A DNA stretch of 64,000 bases from an uncultured Verrucomicrobiae bacterium (GTDB lineage: Bacteria; Verrucomicrobiota; Verrucomicrobiia; Chthoniobacterales; JAFAMB01): NCBI GenBank assembly GCA_963837955.1, contig CAWIPH010000002.1:1024001-1088000 (forward strand). Direction: 5' to 3'. A program made the translations under genes and the position numbers. Each line of letters begins with the position of its first letter. The first letter of the stretch is position 1. Below are positions 8,919-18,750 of the stretch, piece after piece. The notes beneath the pieces are model-generated. The model saw nothing but the letters and a program-made list of their open reading frames with translations. It made no database searches and was not told the DNA's origin.

Positions 8919-9611
8919 CTACGCGAGCTCCTGGTGAGTCACCCAGTCGATGGCAAAACGCACCATCTCACTGGCGTCCGCAACGCCTAGCTTTTCTTTG
9001 ATGTGAGCTCGATGAGTCTCGATTGTCTTGATGCTAAGATTCAGATCTTTGGCGATTGACTTAGTGTTATGCCCTTTCCCCAGCATCACTAGAACTTCCA
9101 GTTCGCGATCCGAGAGTCGATCAACTGGAGAAAGAGAACCGGAATCTGTTCCGTGCACCGCCTTAAAAATGAGTTTTTCGCCGAAGCGCGGGCTGACAAA
9201 AATACGCCCGGCTAGGACGCACCGCACGGCACTGATGACATGTTGGAGGGCTTCGGCTTTCATCACGTAGCCAAGCGCTCCAGCCTTCAGTGCGCGCAAG
9301 GCATAAAGCGACTCATCGTGCATTGATAGGACAAGGATTGCGAGGTCACGTGCCTCGGCCTTCATCTGCTTTACCAACTCGATGCCGTTGGAGCCGTTTA
9401 TCGATACATCAATGATGGCCAAATCCGGACGAAGCGATCGCATTTGCGACAAGGCGATTGGAGCGGAATCTGCATGACCGCAAACCGCGAGATCGTCCTG
9501 TTTTTTCAACAGATCTTCGAGGCCGTGTCGAAAAATCGGGTGATCATCGACTAGCAAAACCCGTTTCTTAGCTTTTTCAGTTGGCGCCGCTTTGGCCTGT
9601 TCCTTCATCAC
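8919..9611 (-). CDS. NarL/LuxR-family response regulator
   Basis: VLLVDDHPIFRHGL receiver domain; LSDRELEVL..SIKTIETHRAHIKEKL HTH. Confidence 0.95.
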   Translation of the reverse strand: MMKEQAKAAPTEKAKKRVLLVDDHPIFRHGLEDLLKKQDDLAVCGHADSAPIALSQMRSLRPDLAIIDVSINGSNGIELVKQMKAEARDLAILVLSMHDESLYALRALKAGALGYVMKAEALQHVISAVRCVLAGRIFVSPRFGEKLIFKAVHGTDSGSLSPVDRLSDRELEVLVMLGKGHNTKSIAKDLNLSIKTIETHRAHIKEKLGVADASEMVRFAIDWVTHQELA

Positions 9612-9731
9612 GGGGGATAGTTACACTTTCTTCTCTTTTAAGGCCCACGTAAAGCCAGCTCTTGTTTGGGCTATGTCTTTCCGGCTGATTGAAGAGACGC
9701 TCGGGGTCTTGAGGTGCTCCGGATCGGACGG

Positions 9732-10547
9732 TTATAGCAGGAGCCGGTGAAACAATTGGTCGAGCGGTAATTGTAAGCCGAGAAAAAAATCGCCGAATTC
9801 TGCAAATCGGGCGCTCACTTCATCGAAACGCATTTCGTATACGATCGATTTTATCTCGAAGACATCCTGCGCGAATAGCGTCACGCCCCATTCCCAATCG
9901 TCCAGTCCAGTCGCGCCAGTGATTAGCTGGCGCACTCTGCCGGCGTATTGGCGACCAACTTGACCATGGCCGGCCATTAACTTTTTCCGTTCGGCGAACG
10001 GCAACGCGTACCAATTATTGTCTTCGTCCCGACGCTTGCTCATGGGATAGAAGCAAAAGACCGGCCAATCCGGCAAGTTCGGATAAAGGCGATCATGTAG
10101 ATATTTTTCCATCCGTTTCCGGAAGTCTTCGGTCGCCTGGGAATATTCGACAGAATCTTTACTCAACTGTTTCTCGCTGAGCGAGGCGGCAAATTCTTCC
10201 TCGGTTGTAGTGTATTCGCTTCGTTCGGTAAGCGAGTAAAAGCTGAAAGCAGGCGTGAAAATTTCTGGCCCGAGTGCAATGGAAAGCCTTTTCTCTGCGG
10301 CATTCGCGGTGTGCAAATCTTCGGTCAAGAGCATAAAGCCCAGATCCGCTTTGGGAGAAACCATGCTAAAGGTCAGAAGCTGGGTAGTTGGGAAAGCCCG
10401 GATTTCCTGGACCAATTCCGCGAACGATGTCTTGGCTGCTAGCTTTTCTTCCTTGCTCAAGAGGTGCCAGGAGCCGTAATCGATCCGATAAAATAGATGG
10501 AGAACATGCCAGCCTTCCTTGGGTTGCAGAGTCGGTCTATTGGTCAT
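9732..10547 (-). CDS. chdC: Coproheme decarboxylase / chlorite dismutase family heme protein
   Basis: EGWHVLHLF, FYPMSKRR, MAGHGQVGR, GLDDWEWGVTLFA and VYEMRFDEVSARF motifs of HemQ/ChdC. Confidence 0.85.
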   Translation of the reverse strand: MTNRPTLQPKEGWHVLHLFYRIDYGSWHLLSKEEKLAAKTSFAELVQEIRAFPTTQLLTFSMVSPKADLGFMLLTEDLHTANAAEKRLSIALGPEIFTPAFSFYSLTERSEYTTTEEEFAASLSEKQLSKDSVEYSQATEDFRKRMEKYLHDRLYPNLPDWPVFCFYPMSKRRDEDNNWYALPFAERKKLMAGHGQVGRQYAGRVRQLITGATGLDDWEWGVTLFAQDVFEIKSIVYEMRFDEVSARFAEFGDFFLGLQLPLDQLFHRLLL

Positions 10548-10794
10548 AAATCGAGAAAAATCGAATTGGAATCCAGTTTCCTACGGCGAAGCCGGAATGT
10601 CGAACGGTTGCTCTGCGAGAAATTCCATTAGGGGGCGCGGATCCGGACATTTGAAACGAATGGGTGCTTGTGCAGGTGCAATTGAGTCGCAACTTGCAGT
10701 GTTGGGCGCAATAGTTAGATTAGCCAGCTTCGATAGAGGAGGGTGTGCCTTAGGGCGCGACTCGATCGATTCAACCGAACGAGGGTCAGGACCT

Positions 10795-11028
10795 ATGGCA
10801 GATGTTGCAAATAAATACCCGCAAAACGTAGCAGGAAAGTTTTACGTCGACGATCAATGCATCGATTGTGATCTGTGCCGGGAAACCGCGCCGGCGAACT
10901 TTACCCGCGACGATGATGGGGGGCATTCGTACGTTTTTAAACAACCCACGACCCCGGAAGAAGAGGGGCTCTGCAAGGAAGCGATGGAAGGGTGCCCGGT
11001 TGAAGCGATCGGAAGCGACGGCGAATAG
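10795..11028 (+). CDS. Ferredoxin (single 4Fe-4S/3Fe-4S cluster)
   Basis: CIDCDLC...CPVEAI; ATG at 10795. Confidence 0.93.
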   Translation: MADVANKYPQNVAGKFYVDDQCIDCDLCRETAPANFTRDDDGGHSYVFKQPTTPEEEGLCKEAMEGCPVEAIGSDGE

Positions 11029-11094
11029 CAACTGGCGGACCCCTTTGGATTGCGGAATGGGCAGGCTCTGACAATTCTGCTCGGCTGTTGCTGC

Positions 11095-11454
11095 ATGAAG
11101 AAATCCTCTCGCAGACGAGCGTTAGAAGAATGGAGAGGATTACCCGACCCGGAGACGAAACCGGACCGCGCAGTTTTAGTCCGCGATGTGTTGGCTCAAT
11201 TAGCGCCCAAACTTGGTTTGGAGAGCCGCCTCCGGGAAGAGGAGATCTTAGCGGCTTGGGGAGAAGTAGTCGGTCCATTTTTCGCCCAACATTCACGCCC
11301 AACCAAATTGATACAGGGCGTCCTGCTGGTCCAGGTGCTTCAGCCGACCGTTCTCTATGAACTTGATCGGCAATGGAAATCAATGGTGCTCCAGAAACTG
11401 AAGGCTAGGTTTGGGGGACGACTGATCAAGGATGTGAGATTTCGACTCGGCTGA
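11095..11454 (+). CDS. dciA: DciA / DUF721 family protein
   Basis: ILAAWGEVVG..AQHSRP...GVLLVQV...IKDVRFRLG. Confidence 0.8.
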   Translation: MKKSSRRRALEEWRGLPDPETKPDRAVLVRDVLAQLAPKLGLESRLREEEILAAWGEVVGPFFAQHSRPTKLIQGVLLVQVLQPTVLYELDRQWKSMVLQKLKARFGGRLIKDVRFRLG

Positions 11455-11509
11455 GCATGAGACTACTGATCAAGGATGTGAGATTTCGACTCGGCTGAGC
11501 ATGAGACTA
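11421..11509 (+). repeat. Exact 44-bp tandem duplication across the dciA stop and folB start
   Basis: ACTGATCAAGGATGTGAGATTTCGACTCGGCTGAGCATGAGACT at 11421-11464 and 11465-11508. Confidence 0.97.
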
Positions 11510-11881
11510 GCGGAGACAAGCCCGGAATGGTTCGAAATCGTGAACCTACGAGTGCCTACTCATATCGGAGTTCCTGATACGGAACGGTCCTATCCACAGA
11601 CGATCGCATTTAATGTTCGGTTTCAAATCTGGCCAGCATTTCGTGACCTTCGTGACGAAATCGAGCAAACGGTAGATTACTCAGCAGTCGCGGCGGAGAT
11701 CAGGACGATGGCTGAGCAAAACCGAGCACAACTGATCGAGACATTGGTTGGGGAAGTGGCAGACCGATTGATGACGCGATTTCCTTTGTCACGGGTAGAG
11801 GTGGAACTTAAGAAGTTCGTCTTGCCAGATGCCGAGTATGTCAGCGTGAGGACTGTGCGAACCGCGCGAGCCGAGCGCTGA
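11501..11881 (+). CDS. folB: Dihydroneopterin aldolase
   Basis: HIGVPDTER..PQ, DEIEQTVDYS and LIETL motifs. Confidence 0.88.
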   Translation: MRLAETSPEWFEIVNLRVPTHIGVPDTERSYPQTIAFNVRFQIWPAFRDLRDEIEQTVDYSAVAAEIRTMAEQNRAQLIETLVGEVADRLMTRFPLSRVEVELKKFVLPDAEYVSVRTVRTARAER

Positions 11882-11892
11882 GAATTGCTGAA

Positions 11893-12087
11893 GCCGAAGC
11901 TCGGTAGGGCGAAAACCTCGTCCGGCAGGCGCCGGACGGGTTTGAGCCGCGTGTTGGATAGATCTTTCTAGTTGCGATCATCGCCGCGCGTGAAGATGGG
12001 AAGAGCACAGGCATAGGGAGGAACCATGAACGGCTCAAGCCGATCCCGCTGAGACGGTATCAGGCTTTCGCCCTACCGATCTTGGGC
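11893..12087. repeat. REP-like inverted pair, family B (GGTAGGGCGAA), between convergent folB and bioD
   Basis: TCGGTAGGGCGAAA (11901) / TTTCGCCCTACCGA (12066-12079); inner TTGAGCCG / CGGCTCAA. Confidence 0.8.
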
Positions 12088-12722
12088 TACACCCAGCGCA
12101 AACTTCGTACAACCTCTCCGAAATCCGCCTGACCGTAGGCCAGGCAGATGGGCGGAACAGGGGAAAGGTGAGCAAGCATGCCTGGATTGGTCTGTTGAGC
12201 TAGCGACTCGCTTTCATCCGTCTGGTTGAGAATCACTGCGCTCAACGTTAGCTCGCGTCCTCGGATGGCTTCCACGGTCAATAAAGTGTGGTTGAGAGCA
12301 CCTAATCTGTTTGCGACGACCAAAATGATCCCAAGTTCCCATTCGGCAGCAAGATCCCGGAAATCGTAACGATCCAGGATTGGAACTAATAGGCCGCCGG
12401 CGCCTTCGACCAGGATGATTTCGAACTCCTTCGCCAGCGCGGAATAGCTCTGTTGTGCTCCCTGAATATCAACGACCCTATTTTCAATCAAAGCAGCAGC
12501 GTAAGGGGCGAGCGGAGCACGGAACCAGACAGGATTTATCCGATGCTGAGGCAAGGGATAACCGTTCGCCTCAACGATTTTATCTACGTCCTCTGGATCG
12601 CCGGTACAAAACGGCTTCATTCCAATGCAGCGTTTTCCCAGCACTTGGGCTGTGCGGATCAATCCACAAGTGACAAAAGTCTTGCCAACCCCGGTATCGG
12701 TTCCGGTGACCAAATAATTCAT
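12087..12722 (-). CDS. bioD: Dethiobiotin synthase
   Basis: VTGTDTGVGKT, EGAGGLLVP and LGALNHTLLT. Confidence 0.95.
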   Translation of the reverse strand: MNYLVTGTDTGVGKTFVTCGLIRTAQVLGKRCIGMKPFCTGDPEDVDKIVEANGYPLPQHRINPVWFRAPLAPYAAALIENRVVDIQGAQQSYSALAKEFEIILVEGAGGLLVPILDRYDFRDLAAEWELGIILVVANRLGALNHTLLTVEAIRGRELTLSAVILNQTDESESLAQQTNPGMLAHLSPVPPICLAYGQADFGEVVRSLRWV

Positions 12723-14068
12723 GAGCGAAGAGCGGCCTCGATCTCCTGCTGGATATCGTTCGCCAACCTTTTCAGAGTCCCATGATCTGGTCCTTCCAGC
12801 AGCAAACGAGCCTTAGGCTCGGTGCCTGAGTATCGGAGGACGACTCGCCCCGAGCCAGCTAGTATCGTCTCGGCGGACCTCAACTGTTTCATGATCGCAG
12901 GAAATTGCTCGAACGGCAGCTTCTCGCGCACCGGGATGTTGCGCTGTTCCTGAGGAAATTTTTCCAAGATAGTTCGTAGCTCGCTTAAGCGTTTTCCACT
13001 CGCTTCCATGATCGAAAGAATTTGCAGGGCGCTAATTAGTCCGTCGCCGGTAGTGACGAAATCTCTGAAAATAAGATGGCCGCTTTGCTCTCCGCCAAAA
13101 TTCAAATCGTTCTTCCGCATCATTTCGATCACGTGCCGGTCACCCACTGCGGTTCGTAGAACCTTGCCGCCCAATCGATTCAGCAGAGCGTCCAGGCCGA
13201 AATTGCTCATGATCGTTGCTACGAGCGTATTAGCCCGCAGTTCACCCCTCTTTACTAGGTAAGCTGCGGCAATGGCCAGCAGCTCGTCACCATCCAACGG
13301 GTTGCCGAGCTCATCGCAAAACAGCAATCGATCTGCGTCTCCGTCGTGGGCTATGCCGAGTATTGACCCGCTGTTTCGGACTAAGGTGCCAAGAGCCTCC
13401 GGGTGCATACTTCCACAATCCTGATTAATGTTCGTTCCGTCAGGTTCTCCAGCCAAGATTTTCAGATCTGCCCCAAGGCGATCGAGGGTTAGAGGAGTGG
13501 TGCGAAAAGCTGCGCCATTTGCCAAATCAATCGCGATCTTCCAACCCCGCAGCGAAAAGCCTTTTGGGGCAGTCGCCAAGGCAAACGTGACGTACCTTTC
13601 ACTCGCATCGGTGACAGTTCGAATCCGACCGATGCGCGAGGTTGGTGCGAATTTCTTCTGCCAGAACGCGCTCTCGATAGCGGATTCTTGATCGTCCGTC
13701 AGCTTGTAACCGTCTGGACCGAAAAACTTGATGCCATTATAACGAAACGGATTGTGCGAAGCAGAGACCACTATCCCAAACGACGCTTGAAATTGAGGCG
13801 TGAGATAGGCGATCGCCGGGGTCGGAAGCACGCCCGTCTGAACGACCTCAACGCCGGCGGCAGCCAACCCAGCACTGATAGCGGCTTCCAGAAATTCACC
13901 GGAGGCCCGGGTGTCTCGGCCTACTAGAGCCTTAGGCTGGCCGGAAAGAGTCGGGTCGCCGAGAATCTTGGCGGCAGCCAGCCCCAGATTTACTACGGAA
14001 CCCGCAGTCAGCGGTTCTGAATTCGCTTCTCCCCGAATGCCATCGGTTCCAAACAACTTGTGTGACAC
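12719..14068 (-). CDS. glmM: Phosphoglucosamine mutase
   Basis: FGTDGIRG, SASHNP, DGDADR, GGEQSGH and RYSGTEP; GTG start at 14068. Confidence 0.96.
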   Translation of the reverse strand: MSHKLFGTDGIRGEANSEPLTAGSVVNLGLAAAKILGDPTLSGQPKALVGRDTRASGEFLEAAISAGLAAAGVEVVQTGVLPTPAIAYLTPQFQASFGIVVSASHNPFRYNGIKFFGPDGYKLTDDQESAIESAFWQKKFAPTSRIGRIRTVTDASERYVTFALATAPKGFSLRGWKIAIDLANGAAFRTTPLTLDRLGADLKILAGEPDGTNINQDCGSMHPEALGTLVRNSGSILGIAHDGDADRLLFCDELGNPLDGDELLAIAAAYLVKRGELRANTLVATIMSNFGLDALLNRLGGKVLRTAVGDRHVIEMMRKNDLNFGGEQSGHLIFRDFVTTGDGLISALQILSIMEASGKRLSELRTILEKFPQEQRNIPVREKLPFEQFPAIMKQLRSAETILAGSGRVVLRYSGTEPKARLLLEGPDHGTLKRLANDIQQEIEAALRS

Positions 14069-14168
14069 ATACGCAAACTTGACGGGGGGGCAGCGGAAGC
14101 GCAATCGGAAAACAGAGTCCAGAATTTAGAACCGAGCATCTAGAAGGTGCCGTACCCAGGAGATGGAT

Positions 14169-14294
14169 GCGGCTCATGCAAAGCGTTTGCCCGACCGGTC
14201 AGGGGTGTTGCCCCAGCGTTGGTAGGGCGAAAATTTATTTGAGCCGGGAAACCCCTGAGCGGCTCACGCAAAGCGTTCGCCCTACCGATCAGGG
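14169..14294. repeat. REP family B cluster (two direct copies plus one inverted arm)
   Basis: GCGGCTCAyGCAAAGCGTTyGCCCkACCGrTCAGGG at 14169 and 14259; GGTAGGGCGAA at 14221. Confidence 0.75.
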
Positions 14295-14458
14295 CTTTTG
14301 TATGTTTACGCTCTTGTGGCGTTCCGGTGGCATAGGCCATCCCTCCGGAGTCGAATCCTGATTTTTCTTGATCAGGTACCAGACCGCCGCGGCTACAACG
14401 AGGGACATCAGTTTGGCTCTCCAATTTTCGAGAAGGAGGCGCCTCAGCAGCTTATTCA

Positions 14459-15265
14459 CTAAGCATTCTTCTCCGTTTCAATAAGCTCTTCTTCCTCATT
14501 TGAGTTCTCGTTCCCCCGGAGTAGGAGTTCGGCCAGGCGCTTTTCAAAATGGCCCGGCTTAACTCCGCGCTCGAACTTACCGCGGTGGCAGATTGATACG
14601 CTACCGGTTTCCTCGGACACAACAATAGCGATGGCGTCTGATTCTTCGGTAATGCCGAGCCCTGCTCGGTGCCGTAATCCAAGCGTCCGATCCAAATCTT
14701 CACGTTGGCTAACGGGGAAGATGCAGGCCGCAGCAATGATACGATCGTCCCGAATAATAATGCCACCATCGTGCAGAGGCGTTTTCGGGAAGAAAATGGT
14801 AAGCAGCAGTTCCTGTGAAATTTCGCAATCCAGATTCACACCGCTTTCGGCAAAGCTGCGAATCCCGGTGTCGCGCTCGATGGCAATCAATGCGCCGAGT
14901 TGCTTATTGGCGAGTTCAAAGACTGCATCTGCGAGGATATCGATCGTTTCTCGCTTCTGGGTGGCGGACGCAAAAAAATGATTGCTGCCGAGTTCCGCCA
15001 GCGCGCGGCGCAATTCGGGTTGGAAGATGACGACGAGCGCAACGGCTATGAAAGCCGTCAAACTTCGAAGTAGCCAACTGATTACGGTCAGATTGAGGAT
15101 TTGAGAAACGAGGGTAAGAAAGATGAAAAGGATAGCTAAACCAGTGAAGACCTTAGCGCCTCGGGTGCCCCGGAAGTAGAGATAGCCATAATAGATGCTA
15201 ACGGCGATCAGCAGAATCTCGATCGCTGCCGTCCAATTATCGCTCACAAATCGAAGGAAGGTCAT
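14459..15265 (-). CDS. cdaA: Diadenylate cyclase CdaA (3 TM helices + DAC domain)
   Basis: IFQPELRRAL, GALIAIER, PLHDGG, GLRHRAGLG and VSEETG. Confidence 0.95.
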   Translation of the reverse strand: MTFLRFVSDNWTAAIEILLIAVSIYYGYLYFRGTRGAKVFTGLAILFIFLTLVSQILNLTVISWLLRSLTAFIAVALVVIFQPELRRALAELGSNHFFASATQKRETIDILADAVFELANKQLGALIAIERDTGIRSFAESGVNLDCEISQELLLTIFFPKTPLHDGGIIIRDDRIIAAACIFPVSQREDLDRTLGLRHRAGLGITEESDAIAIVVSEETGSVSICHRGKFERGVKPGHFEKRLAELLLRGNENSNEEEELIETEKNA

Positions 15266-16107
15266 AGAACGGCAATTGCTTCCGTCATGCGGAGCGCCTC
15301 CAGATTGGCTTGAACATCGTGTACCCGCAACACCTGCGCGCCGCCCAGGCGTAGTAAGCAGGTGGTGGCAACGGTTGGCCAAAGCCGCTCCGAAAACGGA
15401 AGCTTTGGCTCTCCCGAGAGTCGAGCCAAGGTCGACTTGCGAGAAATGCCCACGACCGTCGGGCTGCCCAGAGCGGCCACAGCGTTGAGTCGCCGGATCA
15501 AACGGACGTTATCTTGATCTCGCTTGCCAAAACCGAAGCCCGGATCGAGCGCGATGCGATCGAACTCTACGCCGTGACTACAGGCGAACGTTCGGCGTTC
15601 TTCCAGAAAATTCGTTACTTCGGCAACCACGTCTCGATAGTGCGGGGCGGTTTGCATTGTCTTTGGCGTGCCCTGCATATGCATTAAGACGACGCCAGCG
15701 CCGGTTTCTTTCACTACTTTCACCATCTCCGGATCACCGCGCAGAGCGGTGATGTCGTTGATAATATCTGCGCCAGCTTCAATCGCCTGGCGAGCGGTTT
15801 CTGCCTTGTAGGTGTCAATCGAGAGGATCACTTCCGGAAACTCCCGGTGCAGTTGGTGAACGACCGGAAGCACTCGACGTAATTCCTCTTCCAACGGAAC
15901 CGGATCGGCGTCTGGGCGGGTCGATTCGCCCCCGATATCCAAAATGGCCGCGCCTTCGGCCACGAGGCGACGGGCCTGCTTCACCGCCTGCTCCGGCTCG
16001 AAAAACGCGCCGCCGTCGGAAAAAGAATCCGGCGTGATATTGAGCACAGCCATCAACTGAGCCTGGCGCTCCAGGCTCAATGTCCGTTGTCTTGCTCGCC
16101 AAATCAT
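15262..16107 (-). CDS. folP: Dihydropteroate synthase
   Basis: LNITPDSFSDGG, DIGGESTRP, DPGFGFGK, SRKS and RVHDV. Confidence 0.96.
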   Translation of the reverse strand: MIWRARQRTLSLERQAQLMAVLNITPDSFSDGGAFFEPEQAVKQARRLVAEGAAILDIGGESTRPDADPVPLEEELRRVLPVVHQLHREFPEVILSIDTYKAETARQAIEAGADIINDITALRGDPEMVKVVKETGAGVVLMHMQGTPKTMQTAPHYRDVVAEVTNFLEERRTFACSHGVEFDRIALDPGFGFGKRDQDNVRLIRRLNAVAALGSPTVVGISRKSTLARLSGEPKLPFSERLWPTVATTCLLRLGGAQVLRVHDVQANLEALRMTEAIAVL

Positions 16108-16182
16108 TGCTCCAGTCACAAAGGGGTCATGAAGGGTTCAGCCATAGGCTCATCGTGGTGGGACGGCGTTTAGCAAAACAAG

Positions 16183-16216
16183 AAAAAAGGGCCGGCATTT
16201 GCTGCCGGCCCTTTTT
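16183..16216. terminator. Intrinsic terminator downstream of clpC (U-tracts on both strands)
   Basis: AAAAAAGGGCCGGCA-TTTGC-TGCCGGCCCTTTTT. Confidence 0.85.
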
Positions 16217-16251
16217 AACAACCGTGATTGGGATAAAGACTAGACAGGGCA

Positions 16252-18726
16252 CTATGAGGCATTAGCGACCTCGCCTTGTTCGGGCTGGACCGCTCGAAAC
16301 GTCAGTTTATCTCCGTCGGCATGCACCACGACCGTGTCACCCATTTTGATGTTGCTGCGCAAAAGTTCTTCGGCGAATGGATCTTCCAGATATTTTTCTA
16401 CGGCTCGCCGCATGGGACGAGCGCCGTAAGTCGGATCGTATCCCTTGTCGATCAGAAATTCTACTGCGGTCGGATCGACTTGAATCTTGATCTCTTTCGC
16501 TCTAACGCGGTCGACCACTTTCGCAACCTCTAGATCGACGATCCGCACCAGATCGTCGCGATTCAAGGTGTGGAAAACGATCATGTCGTCCAAACGATTC
16601 AAAAACTCCGGCTTAAAGACGCGCTTTGATTCTTCGAGAATCTTGTCACGCATCTGCTCATACGAATCAGTGCCGGATGCAGCACCAAAACCCATCGAAG
16701 TCTGGCGCTTAATAATCTCAGCGCCCACGTTCGAGGTCATGATAATGATCGTGTTTCGGAAGTCGATTTTGCGGCCAAGGCTGTCGGTGATTTTGCCCTC
16801 TTCGAGAATTTGCAGCAAAAGATGCATCACGTCTGGATGAGCCTTCTCGATTTCATCGAATAGGACCACCGAGTAAGGCCGGCGTCGAACGGCTTCGGAG
16901 AGCTGCCCTCCTTCTTCGTAACCGACGTATCCCGGCGGCGAGCCAATCAACCGGGAAGCGGTAAACTTCTCCATGTATTCCGACATGTCGATTTGGATCA
17001 ACGCGTCCGGATCGCCGAACATAAATTCTGCCAAGCTCCTCGCCAAGAACGTTTTGCCCACCCCGGTCGGCCCGAGGAAGATAAAGGAACCAATGGGGCG
17101 CCGCGGATCCTTCAAGTCAGCGCGAGACCGGCGCAAGGCTTTGCTGATAGCGACGACCGCCTCATCCTGACCAATTACTCGCTGGCGCAGATTATCCTCC
17201 ATCTTCAACAACTTCTGCGTCTCGGCTTCCTCCATCCGGTGCAACGGCACTCCGGTCCATTTTGAAACGATATGCAGGATATCGTCAGCACCGACTACAA
17301 CCTCACGCTCTTCCCGCTGCTCGCGCCAATCGGATAAGATGCGTTCAAGCTTGTCCTTAGTCTGTTTTTCTGAATCTCGCAGCGCTGCGGCCTTCTCGAA
17401 GTCTTGCGCTTTAATCGCCGCTTCTTTGTCGATCCGAATCGCTTCGATCTCTTTCTCGATATCTTTGACATCCGGTGGACGTGTCATCGCATTGATGCGA
17501 GCACGCGCTCCCGCTTCATCCATGACGTCAATCGCCTTGTCCGGGAGGAATCGCCCGGTGAGATAGCGGTCTGAAAGTTTGACTGCGGCTTCCAATGCCT
17601 CATCGGTCAGACGCGCCTTATGATGCGCCTCATATTTAGGCCGCAAGCCTTTAAGAATTTGCACCGCCTCTTCCACGGATGGTGCTTCCACCTTCACCGT
17701 TTGAAAGCGCCGTTCCAGAGCCGCATCCTTCTCGATGTACTTCCGGTATTCGTTCAGAGTCGTTGCGCCAACGCACTGAAGCTCGCCTCGGCTGAGGGCG
17801 GGTTTGATAATATTGGACGCATCCATCGCGCCCTCGGCAGAACCCGCGCCGACGATCGTGTGCAGCTCATCGATGAAGAGAATGACGTTCTTGGAGCGAC
17901 GAATTTCGTCCATTACTGCCTTAATGCGCTCCTCGAATTGGCCGCGATACTTGGTCCCAGCCACCATCAGAGCCAGATCCAAAGTAATGACCCGCTTGTC
18001 GCGCAATAGCTCCGGGATGTCGCCGGCTGCAATCTCCTGCGCCAGCCCTTCCACGATCGCGGTTTTGCCAACGCCTGCCTCGCCGAGAAGCACCGGATTG
18101 TTTTTCGTCCGGCGGCAGAGAATTTGGACTACCCGTTCAATCTCGTCTTTCCGGCCAATGACCGGATCGAGTTCTGCTTTCTTCGCCAGTTCCGTCAAGT
18201 CCCGCCCGAAAGCTCTCAGGGCTGGGGTCTTGACCTCTTTCTTATTGCCTTCCTGCGGGCTTTCAGCCTCGCTCTCCGGTGGTGTAAAATTTGGATCCAA
18301 TTCTTTTAAGATTTCGTTTCGAGTTCGCTCTATGTCCACTTCCAAGCTCTTTAAGACGCGGGCGGCGACTCCTTCGCCCTCGCGTAGCAATCCCAGCAAG
18401 ATATGTTCCGTGCCCACGTAAGAATGATTGAGGGCCTTGGCTTCTTTTCCTGCAAGGGCCAGCACTTTCTTGACGCGCGGCGTGTATGGGATATTCCCAA
18501 CCATTTTGGTCTCGGGATGGGATCCGACATGTTTCTCGACCTCCATACGGACCGTCTCCAGGTCGAGCCCCATCTTCTGCAAAACGTTCACGGCTACGCC
18601 TTGACCGAGTTTGATCAAGCCGAGCAGAAGGTGCTCAGTACCCACATAGTTGTGGTTGAAGCGATCCGCTTCTTTGCGTGCGAGCGCCAGCACCTGTTGC
18701 GCACGTGGAGTAAAGTTGTTCATCAT
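16252..18726 (-). CDS. clpC: ATP-dependent Clp protease ATP-binding subunit ClpC
   Basis: Double Clp-N repeat; two AAA+ modules ([16 protein letters not shown]); UVR segment; follows mcsAB. Confidence 0.97.
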   Translation of the reverse strand: MMNNFTPRAQQVLALARKEADRFNHNYVGTEHLLLGLIKLGQGVAVNVLQKMGLDLETVRMEVEKHVGSHPETKMVGNIPYTPRVKKVLALAGKEAKALNHSYVGTEHILLGLLREGEGVAARVLKSLEVDIERTRNEILKELDPNFTPPESEAESPQEGNKKEVKTPALRAFGRDLTELAKKAELDPVIGRKDEIERVVQILCRRTKNNPVLLGEAGVGKTAIVEGLAQEIAAGDIPELLRDKRVITLDLALMVAGTKYRGQFEERIKAVMDEIRRSKNVILFIDELHTIVGAGSAEGAMDASNIIKPALSRGELQCVGATTLNEYRKYIEKDAALERRFQTVKVEAPSVEEAVQILKGLRPKYEAHHKARLTDEALEAAVKLSDRYLTGRFLPDKAIDVMDEAGARARINAMTRPPDVKDIEKEIEAIRIDKEAAIKAQDFEKAAALRDSEKQTKDKLERILSDWREQREEREVVVGADDILHIVSKWTGVPLHRMEEAETQKLLKMEDNLRQRVIGQDEAVVAISKALRRSRADLKDPRRPIGSFIFLGPTGVGKTFLARSLAEFMFGDPDALIQIDMSEYMEKFTASRLIGSPPGYVGYEEGGQLSEAVRRRPYSVVLFDEIEKAHPDVMHLLLQILEEGKITDSLGRKIDFRNTIIIMTSNVGAEIIKRQTSMGFGAASGTDSYEQMRDKILEESKRVFKPEFLNRLDDMIVFHTLNRDDLVRIVDLEVAKVVDRVRAKEIKIQVDPTAVEFLIDKGYDPTYGARPMRRAVEKYLEDPFAEELLRSNIKMGDTVVVHADGDKLTFRAVQPEQGEVANAS

Positions 18727-18750
18727 TGCAATTCGGCTGCTCGGGACATC

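Noticed and set aside
14320..14362. tRNA-like GTCGAATCC motif
   Set aside because: No cloverleaf or acceptor stem can be built around it
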